Assembly (NCBI RefSeq): GCF_009914755.1
Contig: NC_060927.1
Strand: one strand, 5' to 3'
Length of the DNA stretch: 64,000 nucleotides
DNA from: the human T2T-CHM13v2.0 reference genome, Homo sapiens
The notes beneath the pieces are model-generated. The model saw nothing but the letters and a program-made list of their open reading frames with translations. It was not told the origin of the DNA and did no database searches. How positions within the stretch are numbered: position 1 is the stretch's first letter; each line of letters opens with the position of its first letter. Below, piece by piece: positions 13,890-28,127 of this stretch. The position numbers and the translations under genes are program-made.

Positions 13890-14214
13890 GTGAGTACTCA
13901 GCCCGCCAGGTCTTTGGCTCGCTCGGGTGCGGAGGGGCGGCTGCTTGGGAAGAGTGGGTAGAAACTCAAGTCTGCCTAAGGAGAGACTGGAACAGCAGCA
14001 GCCGTCTCCTGCAAAGAGGAATAAGAATAGGGGTCTCACCGTGTGCTAAATAGGGCATGTCTCTTTTCATCTCGAAACAGCCTGATGAGCTATCATTATG
14101 CCCACTTCGTAGAGGAGAAACTGAGGCCCAGCGTGGGAGATTTCCTGCTTTCCTGCCTAGGGTCCCTCAGCTACAAACAGAAGGCAGATCCTAGCCAGTT
14201 CTAAAGTCAGGCTT

Positions 14215-14512
14215 GGCCGGGTGCAATGGCTCACGCCTGTAATCCCAGCACTTTGGGAGGCCAAGGCGGACAGATCTCCTGAGGTCAGGAGTTCAAGACC
14301 AGCCTGACCAACATGGTGAAACCCCGTCTCTACTAACAAATACACAAATTAGCCGAGTGTGGTGGTGGGTGCCTGTAATCCCATCTACTCGGGAGTCTAA
14401 GGCAGGGAAAATTGCTTGAACTCGGAGGTGGAGGTTGCAGTGAGCCAAAATCGTGCCACTGCACTCCAGTCTGGGCCACAGAGTGAGACTCCGTCTTAAA
14501 AAAACAAAAAAA
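14215..14512 (+). mobile_element. AluS in IL12A intron 1
   Basis: Full Alu; TSD aaagtcaggctt. Confidence 0.95.
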
Positions 14513-14881
14513 GTCAGGCTTTCTCACTCCACTGTTTTTAAAACACTGGGTCCCAAGTCTGACTCAGCCACTTCACCACCTGGTCTGGGTTTCCCTGATC
14601 AAAAACATGTAGGCTTTCTCTGGGTGAGTGTTGGGTTCAACACCCTTGTCCAAGCTCATCTCTAGACCCTCACAGGGAGCTGGCTTCTAGCCCTAGAATA
14701 GAGTGGCGCTTTGTAATAACTCGAGTCATCTCTCAGGTGTTGAAGGAAAAGTGTTGGAAATGGGTTGAGGGAGGTGGGTGCCAAGCATGAATGGATGGGT
14801 GAAGGTGGCCAGAATGGAGGGAAGGTGGTGCAGGCAGGCCATCCAGGCTGAAGCTCCTCCACCTGCTCCTCTTCCTTCCAG

Positions 14882-15027
14882 GCCTCCTCCTTGTGGCTAC
14901 CCTGGTCCTCCTGGACCACCTCAGTTTGGCCAGAAACCTCCCCGTGGCCACTCCAGACCCAGGAATGTTCCCATGCCTTCACCACTCCCAAAACCTGCTG
15001 AGGGCCGTCAGCAACATGCTCCAGAAG
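14882..15027 (+). CDS. IL12A: IL12A exon 2 (signal peptide end, mature N-terminus RNLPVA)
   Basis: SLLLVATLVLLDHLSLARNLPVATPDPGMFPCLHHSQNLLRAVSNMLQK; ttccag| and |gtgagc; 146 nt. Confidence 0.98.
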
Positions 15028-16298
15028 GTGAGCCTTTCCTGTCCTCTCCACTGTGGACCTGCACCCTCCCTGAGGAAGGGGCCTCTGATCCTCCCCTCTG
15101 GTACCTGATGGAACTGCAGAGAAATTGTGGAAGTTCATTAGCAGCTGTCAACAGCAGGAGAGGGAACTTTACAAATGGCCCAAGTGTTAAAGAGTCCTAG
15201 TGAAATTGTGTCTCCAGAGAAAGCAAGAGTAGTAATAAATTATAATGATGTTGGTTTTGGCTATGTCTACACTGAGTAAAGTGGATATTTGCAGTGTTCC
15301 TGTAGCCTGCCAACAGAGATAGAATTGTGTCAGGTCCACATGGTTTCTCTGGCACCACACCACTGATCAATCCCGGAAATAGTTACTTGGGTGCATACTC
15401 TGTGTTGGGGGGCAGGGGTACAAAGATGAAATAGCCTTGTCCCTCCTGCTGCCCACCAGCTTCTACTTGGTGACACAGTTCCTTCTTGGAGCAACACATC
15501 TCAGGGAGGACTATGACAGTGCACATGCAGCCTTCATTTTCTAGGGAAGAGTTACCTAATTTTATTTACAGCTTCGTTCTTTTAGGTTTCATATTTTAAT
15601 GTAAAAAACATTGCCGTTAAAAACTGCTCCAGTAGCTACTGCTGCAAAGGCTAAAGGCTAATGTTTTAAAAGATGTCCTCTGCCTTTCTGCTCTCTAGGA
15701 ATTTTTTCTTGAGTATTTTCTAGCTTGTTGCCTTAGGAATATCTTAAAATAAGCTCAATGCCACCAAGCCTTCTTAAAGGGCTCCTTTCCCCTTTCAATC
15801 TTTCATAATGTGCTGTGCATTGCTCCTCACAATTCAATTAATCTTAATTGGACAGGGGGCTCAAGTGAAAACTGCTTTGTTTCCCGAAGAAAGGTTCAAA
15901 ATGGGTAACTTTTAGGTGCTCCAATTCATATAGATTTTTTTGTGCAAAAGCTGACACCCCTACTCCCAGATATAGTCCTAAGGGTCAAAAGATTATAGAA
16001 ATCAATTTAATGTTTTGTACATCATTTGTCAAATTTGCTGTAGTAGAAAACAAATGAGGTAGATGCAAGTGATTCACCGGCCATATCCAGGGCACAGGTT
16101 TGTAGAATTTGGGCTATATGTTTATTTTTTAGTTTGATGCCATTCAAAAACCAAACATTTCAATTAAGATTTCAAAATTCTAGCTTCTCTTGAAAAGATC
16201 TGAAGAACAACACTGGACTCACACCTCCAAATCTAACTCTTTATAACCTGCTCAGAATAGTGGGGTTGCCCAGGTCTGTTTAAACACCTCCGGGAATA

Positions 16299-16791
16299 GT
16301 GTATTCATTTCCTACTGCTGCTGTCACAAATGTAGTGGGTTTAAATGACACAAATTTATTATCTTACAGCTCTGGGCATCAGAAGTCCAAAATGGGTCCT
16401 ACTGGGCTAAAGTCAATGTGTCAGCAGAGCTGTAGCCCTTTCTGGAGGCTCTTGGGGAGAATCTGTTGCCTTGCTTTGTCAGGTCTAGAGGCTGCCCACA
16501 TTCCTTGACTTGTGGCCCCTTCCATTGTCCATACCAGCAATGTCTGGTTGAGTCTTTCTCATGCTGCTCCCTCTGGACTGACCTTCTACCCGCTTCTACT
16601 TTTGAGGACACTGCTTACACTGGATTCACCCAGATAATCCAGGATCATCTCTCTACTCTTAGATCAGCTGATTAGCAAATTGAATGTCATCTGCACCTTC
16701 ATTCCTCTTTGGCAGGTCACATAGCTCATTACCGGGTTCCAGGGATTGGGAGGTGGATGTCTTTGGAGGTGGAGAATTGGTCTAGCTACCA
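16299..16791 (-). mobile_element. MLT1 (MaLR) solo LTR
   Basis: tgtattcatttcctactgctgctgtcacaaat...aaatttattatcttacagctctgg...cagaagtccaaaatgggt...ctaccaca. Confidence 0.85.
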
Positions 16792-17726
16792 CAGAAAGGG
16801 ATTTTACTACTTGTGCCCAAACGTATTCTGAATTTTCAGGCCTTGCTTCTTGGCTCATGCTGTTACCTCTGTCTGAAATTTCCCTCCTCCATTGTCGACA
16901 CTTTACTCCTCTTAATGTGGGTGTCCCAACTCTAGGAAGCTTTGCTTCCCTTCCTGCCCCTCCTCAGAAGCTTCATGCCCTTCTCACCATGTCTCACCTA
17001 CTGATGCCTCCTGGTCATTTGGGCAATTGTCTGTCTCAGCAGCTAAACTTGCAATCCAGGAGGGTATACATGGTCCTCTTCTCTGTCATGTTCTTAGTAC
17101 CTAATGGAGTGCCTGCCACCCATTAGGCTGTTGAATGGAAAAATGATCGTAATCTTCAATCATACAGTCCTTTACTTCCTAAGATACATTTCATAATTTT
17201 ACCCAACGGTGCTTTCCAACACACTAAGATGACATCTCTGTGTATGTGTGTGCGTGTGTGCACTGCAAATTAAATCTCAGCTTGTCTTAAGGGTTTGCAT
17301 GTTTGTTATATCCATCAGACTGTGACCTTAACAGTTCCCCCTTTAGAAGTTATACTTGAAATAGGTATTCATAGAATACAGTCACTTTAGCAAAAGAAGA
17401 AACAATTTTCACCAGAAGCAAGTGTCACAGTGAGGTGTGGAGGCTGGTTAGCACAGGCTGTTGACATGATTTATTGTGTTTACATAATGAAAAAATATGT
17501 AATCCAGAGAAACATGCCCCAAGCTTAGGGAGAGGAGGGTGAGAGACAGAATGTAAGGAATCTATTTTCTTTTGTATTATGAAGAACCAGAATTTCCTGC
17601 AAGTCAAAGTGACAGAGGTCAAGGGCAGCCAGCCGGAGCCTTCCTGGCACCCTGGCTTACCAGCCTTGTGGGGTGCCAGGTGCATTATCAATGTTATAAA
17701 CTGAGTTTCTCCTTCATTTTTTATAG

Positions 17727-17840
17727 GCCAGACAAACTCTAGAATTTTACCCTTGCACTTCTGAAGAGATTGATCATGAAGATATCACAAAAGATAAAAC
17801 CAGCACAGTGGAGGCCTGTTTACCATTGGAATTAACCAAG
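17727..17840 (+). CDS. IL12A: IL12A exon 3
   Basis: ARQTLEFYPCTSEEIDHEDITKDKTSTVEACLPLELTK; ttatag| and |gtataa; 114 nt. Confidence 0.98.
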
Positions 17841-18165
17841 GTATAAAGGATTTTCCTCCCAGAGCATGCAGTGTGGTTAAAAACTGTGCATCAAATCTCA
17901 CCTGCTTCTAAAAATTCACGTTTCTGGTATCCATCATTATGGGATTTTAACTGGTCCTACTTCAGAAGTTAGATTTGGGAGAAAAATTATTTTTAAAAAA
18001 TGGTTTTTTTTGCAACAATGTGAATACACTTAACACTTAAAAATAGTTCAGATGCTAAATATTATGATATGTGTTTTTACCATAATAAAAAAAATTTGAG
18101 ACCTGAAGAGTCAGAAAGATTTATACTAAGAATTAATACTTTGATATATGATTTTTTCCCTCTAG

Positions 18166-18207
18166 AATGAGAGTTGCCTAAATTCCAGAGAGACCTCTTT
18201 CATAACT
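18166..18207 (+). CDS. IL12A: IL12A exon 4
   Basis: NESCLNSRETSFIT; ctctag| and |gtaagt; 42 nt. Confidence 0.97.
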
Positions 18208-18282
18208 GTAAGTCAAAAAATGAAAAGTTTCAGCCTGTATGATGAATTCATATCACTGATGTCTGATTATTTTTTCCTCTAG

Positions 18283-18324
18283 AATGGGAGTTGCCTGGCC
18301 TCCAGAAAGACCTCTTTTATGATG
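18283..18324 (+). CDS. IL12A: IL12A exon 5
   Basis: NGSCLASRKTSFMM; ctctag| and |gtaaga; 42 nt. Confidence 0.97.
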
Positions 18325-18415
18325 GTAAGACACACAGCTCTTTCCTCAAATGCAATGGGGGAAATGTTTTTAGCCCATCTCAATGGATACTTCCCCATCT
18401 TGTCATGTCACCCAG

Positions 18416-18559
18416 GCCCTGTGCCTTAGTAGTATTTATGAAGACTTGAAGATGTACCAGGTGGAGTTCAAGACCATGAATGCAAAGCTTCTGATGGATC
18501 CTAAGAGGCAGATCTTTCTAGATCAAAACATGCTGGCAGTTATTGATGAGCTGATGCAG
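18416..18559 (+). CDS. IL12A: IL12A exon 6
   Basis: ALCLSSIYEDLKMYQVEFKTMNAKLLMDPKRQIFLDQNMLAVIDELMQ; cccag| and |gtaaga; 144 nt. Confidence 0.98.
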
Positions 18560-19292
18560 GTAAGACTTCATTCTATCAGTGAGAGCACCTTTTTCATGCT
18601 AAAGATAACCAGCCAGGGTCTTTGATAAAGAGATATAAAAAGAGGTCTGGAGGCCTTTTAAAGGCCTGACAGACCTACATTTTCAAGAAGACAGCCTTGA
18701 GGGTGCCGTCTATAGGGAGCACAAATGTGAGCAGATCACATTATGAAAAGCAGACTCCAAAGTATTCACTCTGTGGTATCCCCCACACTCGGCAAATGTT
18801 TTTGTGCATTTTCTTATGTCAGCCTCAAAACAACCATATGGGATCTGCACAAAGGAGGGAACCAAACCTTAGGAGAGTTAAACCACTTGTCTGAGGCTCT
18901 GCCTCTTAAAATCCTTCAAGAGGATTTCACTACACTTACCTTCTCACTCACCTCTAAAGGCTCCAGGACGTGCTCCAGGATGTGCATGCAAGGGGCCAGT
19001 TTGCATATCTGCAAATATTGCTGGGAAACAAGCAAGATTGGTGCCTGATTATGACCCATTGTGAACCAAAATGTGAACCAAATAAAAGAATGACCTATCA
19101 TCTGGGGCATCTATAATGTTATTCATAGGCAAGAACTTGCTTTGTTATGTTCTGAATCACCATAACACAGATGCTAATATAAAACAAATATTTATATAAG
19201 CGAGGGTGACTGCTTTGGTGACGAGGACATGGGATAAAAATATGGTGGCAGAAATCATTGTCTGAAAAGTAATTGTTTTACTTTTATTCTTT

Positions 19293-19294
<2 letters not shown>

Positions 19295-19332
<38 letters not shown>
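19295..19332. repeat. (GT)19 microsatellite in intron 6
   Basis: Direct inspection. Confidence 0.95.
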
Positions 19333-19334
<2 letters not shown>

Positions 19335-19449
19335 ATGTGCCAGATTTCTTGTTTGAAAGGCAATGAGCTTCATCCAAGTATCAAAGAATGTTAGCATCTA
19401 GAGAGCTGTAGTTGCTATTTCATTTTTAGGACCAAGAGTTGGGTGATTT

Positions 19450-19620
19450 GGGTGCTAGAATCAATTCTACCAGTAACCAGACAACTATTCCCAAGTCACT
19501 TAACCCCTCTGTGCCTCAGTTTCCTCCAGTATAAAATGGGGTGACTTTATTCTAGCTTTCTTTTAGACTTTTTGTGAGGAAGATATGAAAGTATTTATTC
19601 ATCAAGGGTGCAAATGTAAG
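19450..19620 (+). mobile_element. MIR SINE
   Basis: caagtcacttaacccctctgtgcctcagtttcctccagtataaaatgggg. Confidence 0.8.
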
Positions 19621-20118
19621 GTTTTATATTCTGTTATCAAATCAAAGTGCTAAACTTGGGAAATTCATTGCCAGGTTTATCTGACACAAATGGCATGTCT
19701 TCAGTAAACAGGCCTGTTACTGATAGTGAGTTCTGATCAATAGCAATCCATCACCTCCCTGTGCTAAACAGAAGTGGGCTTTTTAATGTAACATATATAA
19801 AATTAATTAGATATTGCAGCAGATGTCATTTTAAAGGAACTGTTTCTTTCTAAGACACAACTCCCACTGATGATTTTTTCTAAATAGTTTTAAGGGTCTT
19901 TTCAGAGCTCATTGAAGATGGATGTGCTTGGAAAATGAGTATTTCTTTTCTCATTCTGCCTGGTGATCTGGCTGAGAGTAGATTTGGATTGGGTTTAGGA
20001 GTGGCATAAGGGACTGAGTTGCAGGCTCTGAGACATGTACTGGCTTCACTCATTTTTATGAATGAATATTTGAATTTTGGAATACCATGTAAGTCATGCT
20101 TACTGTTCATTCTCCTAG

Positions 20119-20274
20119 GCCCTGAATTTCAACAGTGAGACTGTGCCACAAAAATCCTCCCTTGAAGAACCGGATTTTTATAAAACTAAAATCAAGCTCT
20201 GCATACTTCTTCATGCTTTCAGAATTCGGGCAGTGACTATTGATAGAGTGATGAGCTATCTGAATGCTTCCTAA
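20119..20274 (+). CDS. IL12A: IL12A exon 7 coding part to TAA
   Basis: ALNFNSETVPQKSSLEEPDFYKTKIKLCILLHAFRIRAVTIDRVMSYLNAS*; exon lengths sum to 762 nt = 253 aa + stop. Confidence 0.98.
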   Translation, partial: ALNFNSETVPQKSSLEEPDFYKTKIKLCILLHAFRIRAVTIDRVMSYLNAS

Positions 20275-20735
20275 AAAGCGAGGTCCCTCCAAACCGTTGT
20301 CATTTTTATAAAACTTTGAAATGAGGAAACTTTGATAGGATGTGGATTAAGAACTAGGGAGGGGGAAAGAAGGATGGGACTATTACATCCACATGATACC
20401 TCTGATCAAGTATTTTTGACATTTACTGTGGATAAATTGTTTTTAAGTTTTCATGAATGAATTGCTAAGAAGGGAAAATATCCATCCTGAAGGTGTTTTT
20501 CATTCACTTTAATAGAAGGGCAAATATTTATAAGCTATTTCTGTACCAAAGTGTTTGTGGAAACAAACATGTAAGCATAACTTATTTTAAAATATTTATT
20601 TATATAACTTGGTAATCATGAAAGCATCTGAGCTAACTTATATTTATTTATGTTATATTTATTAAATTATTTATCAAGTGTATTTGAAAAATATTTTTAA
20701 GTGTTCTAAAAATAAAAGTATTGAATTAAAGTGAT
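20275..20735 (+). other. IL12A: IL12A 3'UTR with clustered AUUUA elements (~20525-20672)
   Basis: tatttatttata, tatttatttatg, tatttatta; typical cytokine ARE. Confidence 0.85.
20711..20716 (+). terminator. IL12A: Polyadenylation signal AATAAA
   Basis: AATAAA followed by a T-rich downstream region. Confidence 0.8.
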
Positions 20736-21250
20736 TCTGCAATTTTTCTAATGTACTTTTAAGTGTTAAAATATACATTGTGGGAAAATTGAAAACTCTG
20801 ATGAGACTTCAACAAAATTACTCTGGAAAGAATGCCACAATATTCTTATTCCTTTCCTAGTCCCTTTCATCTCATTTTAAAGGGACCCTAGTAAGACAAG
20901 ATATGCTTTACTACTAAGGCAGCCAAGTGAGTCATGGTTTTTGAGGGTTTATTATTTTTGTTCAACATAAGACTAAAAGTATGCTGTGCATTAGAAAAAT
21001 ACTTCATAGTATTCTTCAACCAGAAAAAAAATGTCACTAAGAGGCCTTCTAGCCTAATTATTCTAATTTTTGTGACCCTTTGGGCTCTGAGAGAAAAGTT
21101 GTCTCTAATTTGCAACCAGAAAATCTCTCCATTTGTTTAAAACTGTATAGAACTTTTGCCTGAACCACATGGATAATTGCCTTACTTTGGCTTAAGAGAT
21201 GTGCTCTTAATGAGCTAAATGTTAAATTCCATCTTTTTAATTCTCTAAAC

Positions 21251-21599
21251 CAGGAGTCCCCGATCCCCAGGCCATGGAGTGGTACTGGTCTGTGGCCTGT
21301 TGGGCAGTGGGCCCCACAGCAGTAGGTGAGTGGCAGGTGAGCAAGTATTACCACCTGAGCTCCGCCTCCTGTCAGATCAGTGGCAGCATTAGATTCTCAT
21401 AGGAGTGTGAACCCTATTGTGAACTACACATGCAAGGGATCTAGGCTGCATGCTCCTTATAAGAATCTAAGTAATGCCTGATAATACGAGGTGGAACAGT
21501 TTCATCCCGAAACTATCTTTGCCCCCTGCCCCCCGGGTCTGTGGAAAAATTGTCTTCCACAAAACCAGCCCCTGCTGCCCAAAAGGTTGCGGACCACTG
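21251..21599. mobile_element. MER1B (hAT-Charlie)
   Basis: cctgagctccgcctcctgtcagatcagtggcagcattagattctcataggag...aaaaggttgcggaccactg. Confidence 0.9.
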
Positions 21600-21627
21600 C
21601 TGTAAATCATGTAAATCTTAGGTTTCA

Positions 21628-22402
<775 letters not shown>

Positions 22403-23468
22403 TCAGTTACTCCTCCCAACTGAATCCCAATCTTTCTCCCTGTAAATGTGTTATCTCCTTCCCAGGTCCTCCTGCATGGCAAACATTCTCGTTTTTCAAA
22501 TTCTTGCCCTATTAGACATTCAATAAAATAGAAACCATCAGAAGCTAGATCCCATCACCTATCTCCTTCTCTTGAGTGATTCTTCCACAATCTTGAATGG
22601 TCCACAAGTGCTTCACAGACATGGGTTTCTTTCAAGTGTCGAGTCTGGGGTCTCAGCAGCTTTGACAGTGAGGAGAGACGAACGGGGCTGTAGAGTTGCA
22701 GCCACCCCTCACTTGGAATGGTGACTACTGGTTGTCTGGGCCCAGAGATCAGGAGGGACAAGCAGACGGTCTCTTCCATGGACTGGGTTTACACACAAGA
22801 ACACGTGTGTTTCTTCTGTTCTAGAAATTAGCATGGGATATGCTTCAAAAACATGACTGGCCACAGAAACAGCTTCATGGTTCATTCCATTCTTTATTGC
22901 ATGGTTAGTTTTTCACTTTTTTTAAGCCTGTGTCTGCAGTTTACAAGTAGTGTAGTATGCTTGCAACCAAATCATTCCAATGCTCCCCATTGGTCTCCTC
23001 TTCTGAAAAAGGAAGGTAATACTAGAATCTACCTAAAAGGATCAGAGAAAGGGTAAAATGGAACAACTCGTGCAAAGGGCTAGCGTTGCACCTGGCACAT
23101 AGTAAGTGCACAATAAATGTAAGCACATTTTGAAATGTATTATTAGTCTTTGGGCTAAGCACCTGCACCGAATTTGTTACCTCCTCTTTGCTGCTATTTC
23201 CTCATTGATGAAATTCAGAAAACGGTGGGACCTAATTAACTGTGTTATTGTGAAGATTAAATGACACAATACAGTGCCAGCACCTAGTTATTACTCAACA
23301 TAAATTTGTCACAGTTCTCACAAGACATCAGAACACCCGCTGATGTGCTGTCCCCCATGGCACTCAGCATATTAAGTGTGGTCGGCACAAGCGGCTGCCT
23401 GGTGTGAAGTATGAGGGCAAAAGGCAGGGTCTCTGCCTTCCAAGAACAAAGGGTGGAGAGCAAAGTAA

Positions 23469-23758
23469 CTTTTTTTTTTTTTGAGACGGAGTTTCACTTG
23501 TCACCCAAGCTAGAGTGCAGTGGCGCGATTCGGCTCACTGCAACCTCCACCCTCCAGGTTCAAGCGATTCTCCTGCCTCCGCCTCCTGAGTAGCTGGGAT
23601 TACACGTGTCCACCACCATACCTAGATAATTTTTGTATTTTTAGAGACAGGGTTTCACCATGCTGGCTAAGCTGGTCTCAAACTCCTAGCCTCAGGTGAT
23701 CCACCCACCTCGGCCTCTCAAAGTGCTGGGATTGCAGGCATGAGCCACTGAGCCAGGC
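23469..23758 (-). mobile_element. AluS
   Basis: Full Alu; TSD gagcaaagtaactt. Confidence 0.95.
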
Positions 23759-24198
23759 CAGGAGCAAAGTAACTTATCAAAACCAAGGACCATCCCCCTA
23801 AAAATACCCCCCAGTCAATTGGAGATTCGTTTGATTAACAAACTACTTTATTCAAAAGAAACTAAACCTTGAAAGTGTATCTCACACCTAAGAATGACTA
23901 AATCAGAGAATTAACATGAAAAATATTTAGTTGTCAGCTGCCCCATTAAAGGTCCAGGACTTTGGGAAGACAGAACAGTTCTAGGACATGGTCTGGCCAG
24001 ACATCCAAAGGTAAGTATTGAAAAACTCAAGAGATGTAAAAGACCCTTAGACACCCAAAGGAGGATAAGAAACTACAGACAAAAAGAAAAGAACACCAGC
24101 TTTGTTGGGGGCCAGCACCCACAGCCATCATAAGTCCTCTTCTCTGTGTCACACTGGGCCATTCAGTTATTATCCTTATTTGAGGACTAAACATTTTG

Positions 24199-24495
<297 letters not shown>

Positions 24496-24937
24496 TAAAA
24501 AATACTTTTGGTTCTGGCTAGCATAATTTGGCTTCCTAGTTTAAAGCAAACTGCATTACAATATGATAAGTAAGAAAAAAATATGGCCGCATTGTCCAAA
24601 AATTGAATTCTATGTACTTGAAATATTTTATTTAAAAAAGTGAAATAGGATGCGTATAAATGTTTTGAAATATATGTGGTGAGAACAGGCACAAAAACTT
24701 TAGTTATATTTATGTATCTTTCAATTTTACATTAAAAATATGAGTATGAATTAGATCTATGTAATATCAAAAACAGTATATTAATGGAATCTGTTTTAGA
24801 CAAAAAAAAAGTAGTAGCAACTGCTCAGTTGTGCTTCCTAAATGCCAGGCATGTTCCTAAGAGTTTACCACAAATAAACATAACCATCCTAATAACCCTT
24901 TTTATGGATGTGGAAAGTGAAGAAAATTATTGAAGTT

Positions 24938-25075
24938 GACCAGGTGCGGTGACTCATGCCTGTAATCCCAGCATTTTGGAAGGCCGAGATGAAGGATTGC
25001 TTGAGCCCAGGAGTTCAAGACCAGCCTGGGCAACATGGCAAAATCCCCATCTCTACAAAAAATAAAAATAATAAA
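24938..25075 (+). mobile_element. FLAM/Alu left monomer
   Basis: Monomer with A tail. Confidence 0.85.
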
Positions 25076-25377
25076 TAATAAGATTATGTAAGCTCACATA
25101 ATTAACATTTTAAGTGGCCTGGTCTCAGCCTGTGCCAGCAGCTATGCTCATGTTGAAGTCACTGTCTAAGTCAAGGGAATGCTTTCCCTATAACCATATA
25201 AATATCATCCCAATTATTTATGTATCTCCCTTCTCTCTCTTGCTAAACTGTGGGAACCTCAGATATAGGCAATGTAGTATTACCCACGTATTTGTGTTCC
25301 CAGCCCCAGGAACTTAAAAATGATACAGAAACAAAGGGAATCTTCATGAGCCCCCACAATTCTCATGTCTTTTCCTA

Positions 25378-25746
<369 letters not shown>

Positions 25747-27840
25747 TCACAATTATAAAAATAAAGAGTTAAAAAATTGAAAATGCATATGCTTACTTAG
25801 TTCAAAATAATTATACATGTTCATAATGGGGAAAAATCCAAATTCATAAACGTTTTGATTTAGTTAACATAATTTAAATACCTGTGGTCTGAGTATATGT
25901 CTATGCTTCAGAAACAACGTGCCAATAAATATTCCACACCTAGGGGTGGGAAAGTGTTTTACTTCCCATTAGGTTGCAGATGTCTTAGAAACACATTCCT
26001 GCACCACAGCTTCAAGAAATCCAAATAATGACCTGATCTGCTGGTTTCCAAGCTACCCTACCAGGAGCAAGTCAGAGGCCCTGCAGGGCTCCTCGGTAAG
26101 CCCTCGAAATCCCTCTCCCCTCAATGACCCCACCACAGCAGCTCCACTTTTGAATATTTTACCAGTGCGTGTTCCAGGTAAGATTTCCTTTCACAAAAGG
26201 TTTTCGTGGGTAAGGAAAAATGAAAACTTGCTGAATTACTCTAAGCCCCTCTCTCCAGTTGTTTTTATAATGGAACCACCTGTTGATTTCCAGGCTTGCT
26301 CGAAAAGAAAACACTGCTATAAATGCATAGAGCGTCTTCCCTTCTGAAAAGGAAACTTGTGCTAGAGGTTACAGAAAACAGCAAGAATGGGATTGCAAAG
26401 AATAAAGGTGGCTGACTAACTCTAGACTTCCTAACTGAGGACTTACATCAGGACCAGAACAAATTAGGTCTAAATCTACAGTGGGCTCCAGGGTGGAAAT
26501 GGAGGTCTCACTTAAGAAGCAGGAGAAATCTCAAAACTCAGAGCCTAGAATTTAACCCCAGGGCCTCCGTGTTAGCATCAGCGGCTGCAGAGCCAGGATC
26601 AGGACTTCTCAAATCCTGACATATAGACAGGGAGGCTGAGAACACCTGTCAACCAAAAACACATGATTCCAGCAGTGAATCCCTGGGATCAAGCTCTTCA
26701 GCAAGCAGTGTGCTGGTTCACCCTAAGAAGGACTTCCAGAAAACGGGTAGTGGCCTAGGCTGACTGCTGGAAACCACGATTCTCATGGGAACAAATTAAA
26801 AATTCAGCAACTGCTGTGTTCTCTTTAGAGAATGGAGTGAAGCGTGCTTTCTCATGAAAAAGCAGCGGGAGGAAACTTTTCCCCGAAAGGAATACAGCAA
26901 AAGGACCAAATGAGAGTCATTATGTGCAGAAAAATCCCTTGTCAAGAGAAATGCACAAATGAGGAAGTATTAGGAATCTGCCTGGTTTTAAATAAAAACA
27001 CACCTTCCCATCCTTGGAAGGGAGAAAACCATAATTATTCCTGTGGCAAAAGGGCTGTGGGGACAATGCAGGTTGTCCTGAACCTGTGTGAACACCTGGT
27101 GAACTAGTTTACCCTGTCTGGCACTCACTCAGCCTTGGCCCAGGAGCCAAAGAGCTGGGATCAAAACCAACTATTGCCAAAGAGCCAAAGGAAAGACAAC
27201 CAAGGAATAGGATGCTTTAAAACAGGACCTGTAAGTAAATAATACAAAGAAGAGCAGTGTCAAAAAGCAGACTTCCTTTTCTTCTCATCATCCATGATTT
27301 ATGAATTTATGGATCAAATAATGTAAAATATATCCAGAATATTAATCACCCACCACACTCATGATGCTGAAGTAGTGACAATATCTACACAGACCAAAAA
27401 AAAAAAAAAAAACATTTCACCAATTAGCAGCAGCCAATGAGGCCCATTATTTCCTGAGGCAAGTCTTTTTCAAGAAAAGAAGACAGCTTTCCCTTGGTTC
27501 TGTGAAAGCTATCTCTGAGTAGCATTCTTCCCCATGAAAAGTAAATAATTCCACCGTGAAAGTCCAAGAAAAGTAGTGTTTGGCCAGTTGTACTTCTCCA
27601 GGGGATGAGGAGCTCACCTTTGAGCTTGCATCCCAAATTGCTAGGTGGGAGAGAATTGCATTTGTTTCTAATCTCTTGAGGCTTCAGCACCCCAAGACTA
27701 GAGAGTAGAAAACCTCAGTGGTCCTCCAGGCAAAGTGGGCCCGAGGGTTCAGAACGCTCGCTCACCATGTCTGAAAAGCATGCAGAGAGATCATAGTACT
27801 TTGACTTCTGATATAACCTTCTGGGGTGTTTATGTACTTA

Positions 27841-28127
27841 TTTTTTTTGAGACGGAGCCTCGCTCTGTCATCAGGCTGGAGTGTGGTGGCGTGATATCGG
27901 CTCACTGCAACTTCTGACTCCCTGGTTCAAGCGATTCTCCTGCCTCAGCCTCCTGAGTAGCTGGGGTTACAGGCACATGCCACCATGCCCAGCTAATTTT
28001 TGTACTTTTAGTAGAGACGGGGTTTCACCATGTTGGCCAGGATGGTCTTGATCTCCTGACCTCGTGGTCTGCCTGCCTCGGCCTTCCAAAGTGCTGGGAT
28101 TACAGGCATGAGCCACCGCGCCCGGCC
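27841..28127 (-). mobile_element. AluS (Sc-like), no visible TSD
   Basis: Full Alu. Confidence 0.95.

Larger units (their letters stand above)
13410..13940. promoter_or_regulatory. IL12A: IL12A promoter CpG island with GC boxes
   Basis: High GC and CpG density; ggggcgggg ~13446, gggcgggg ~13502. Confidence 0.9.
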
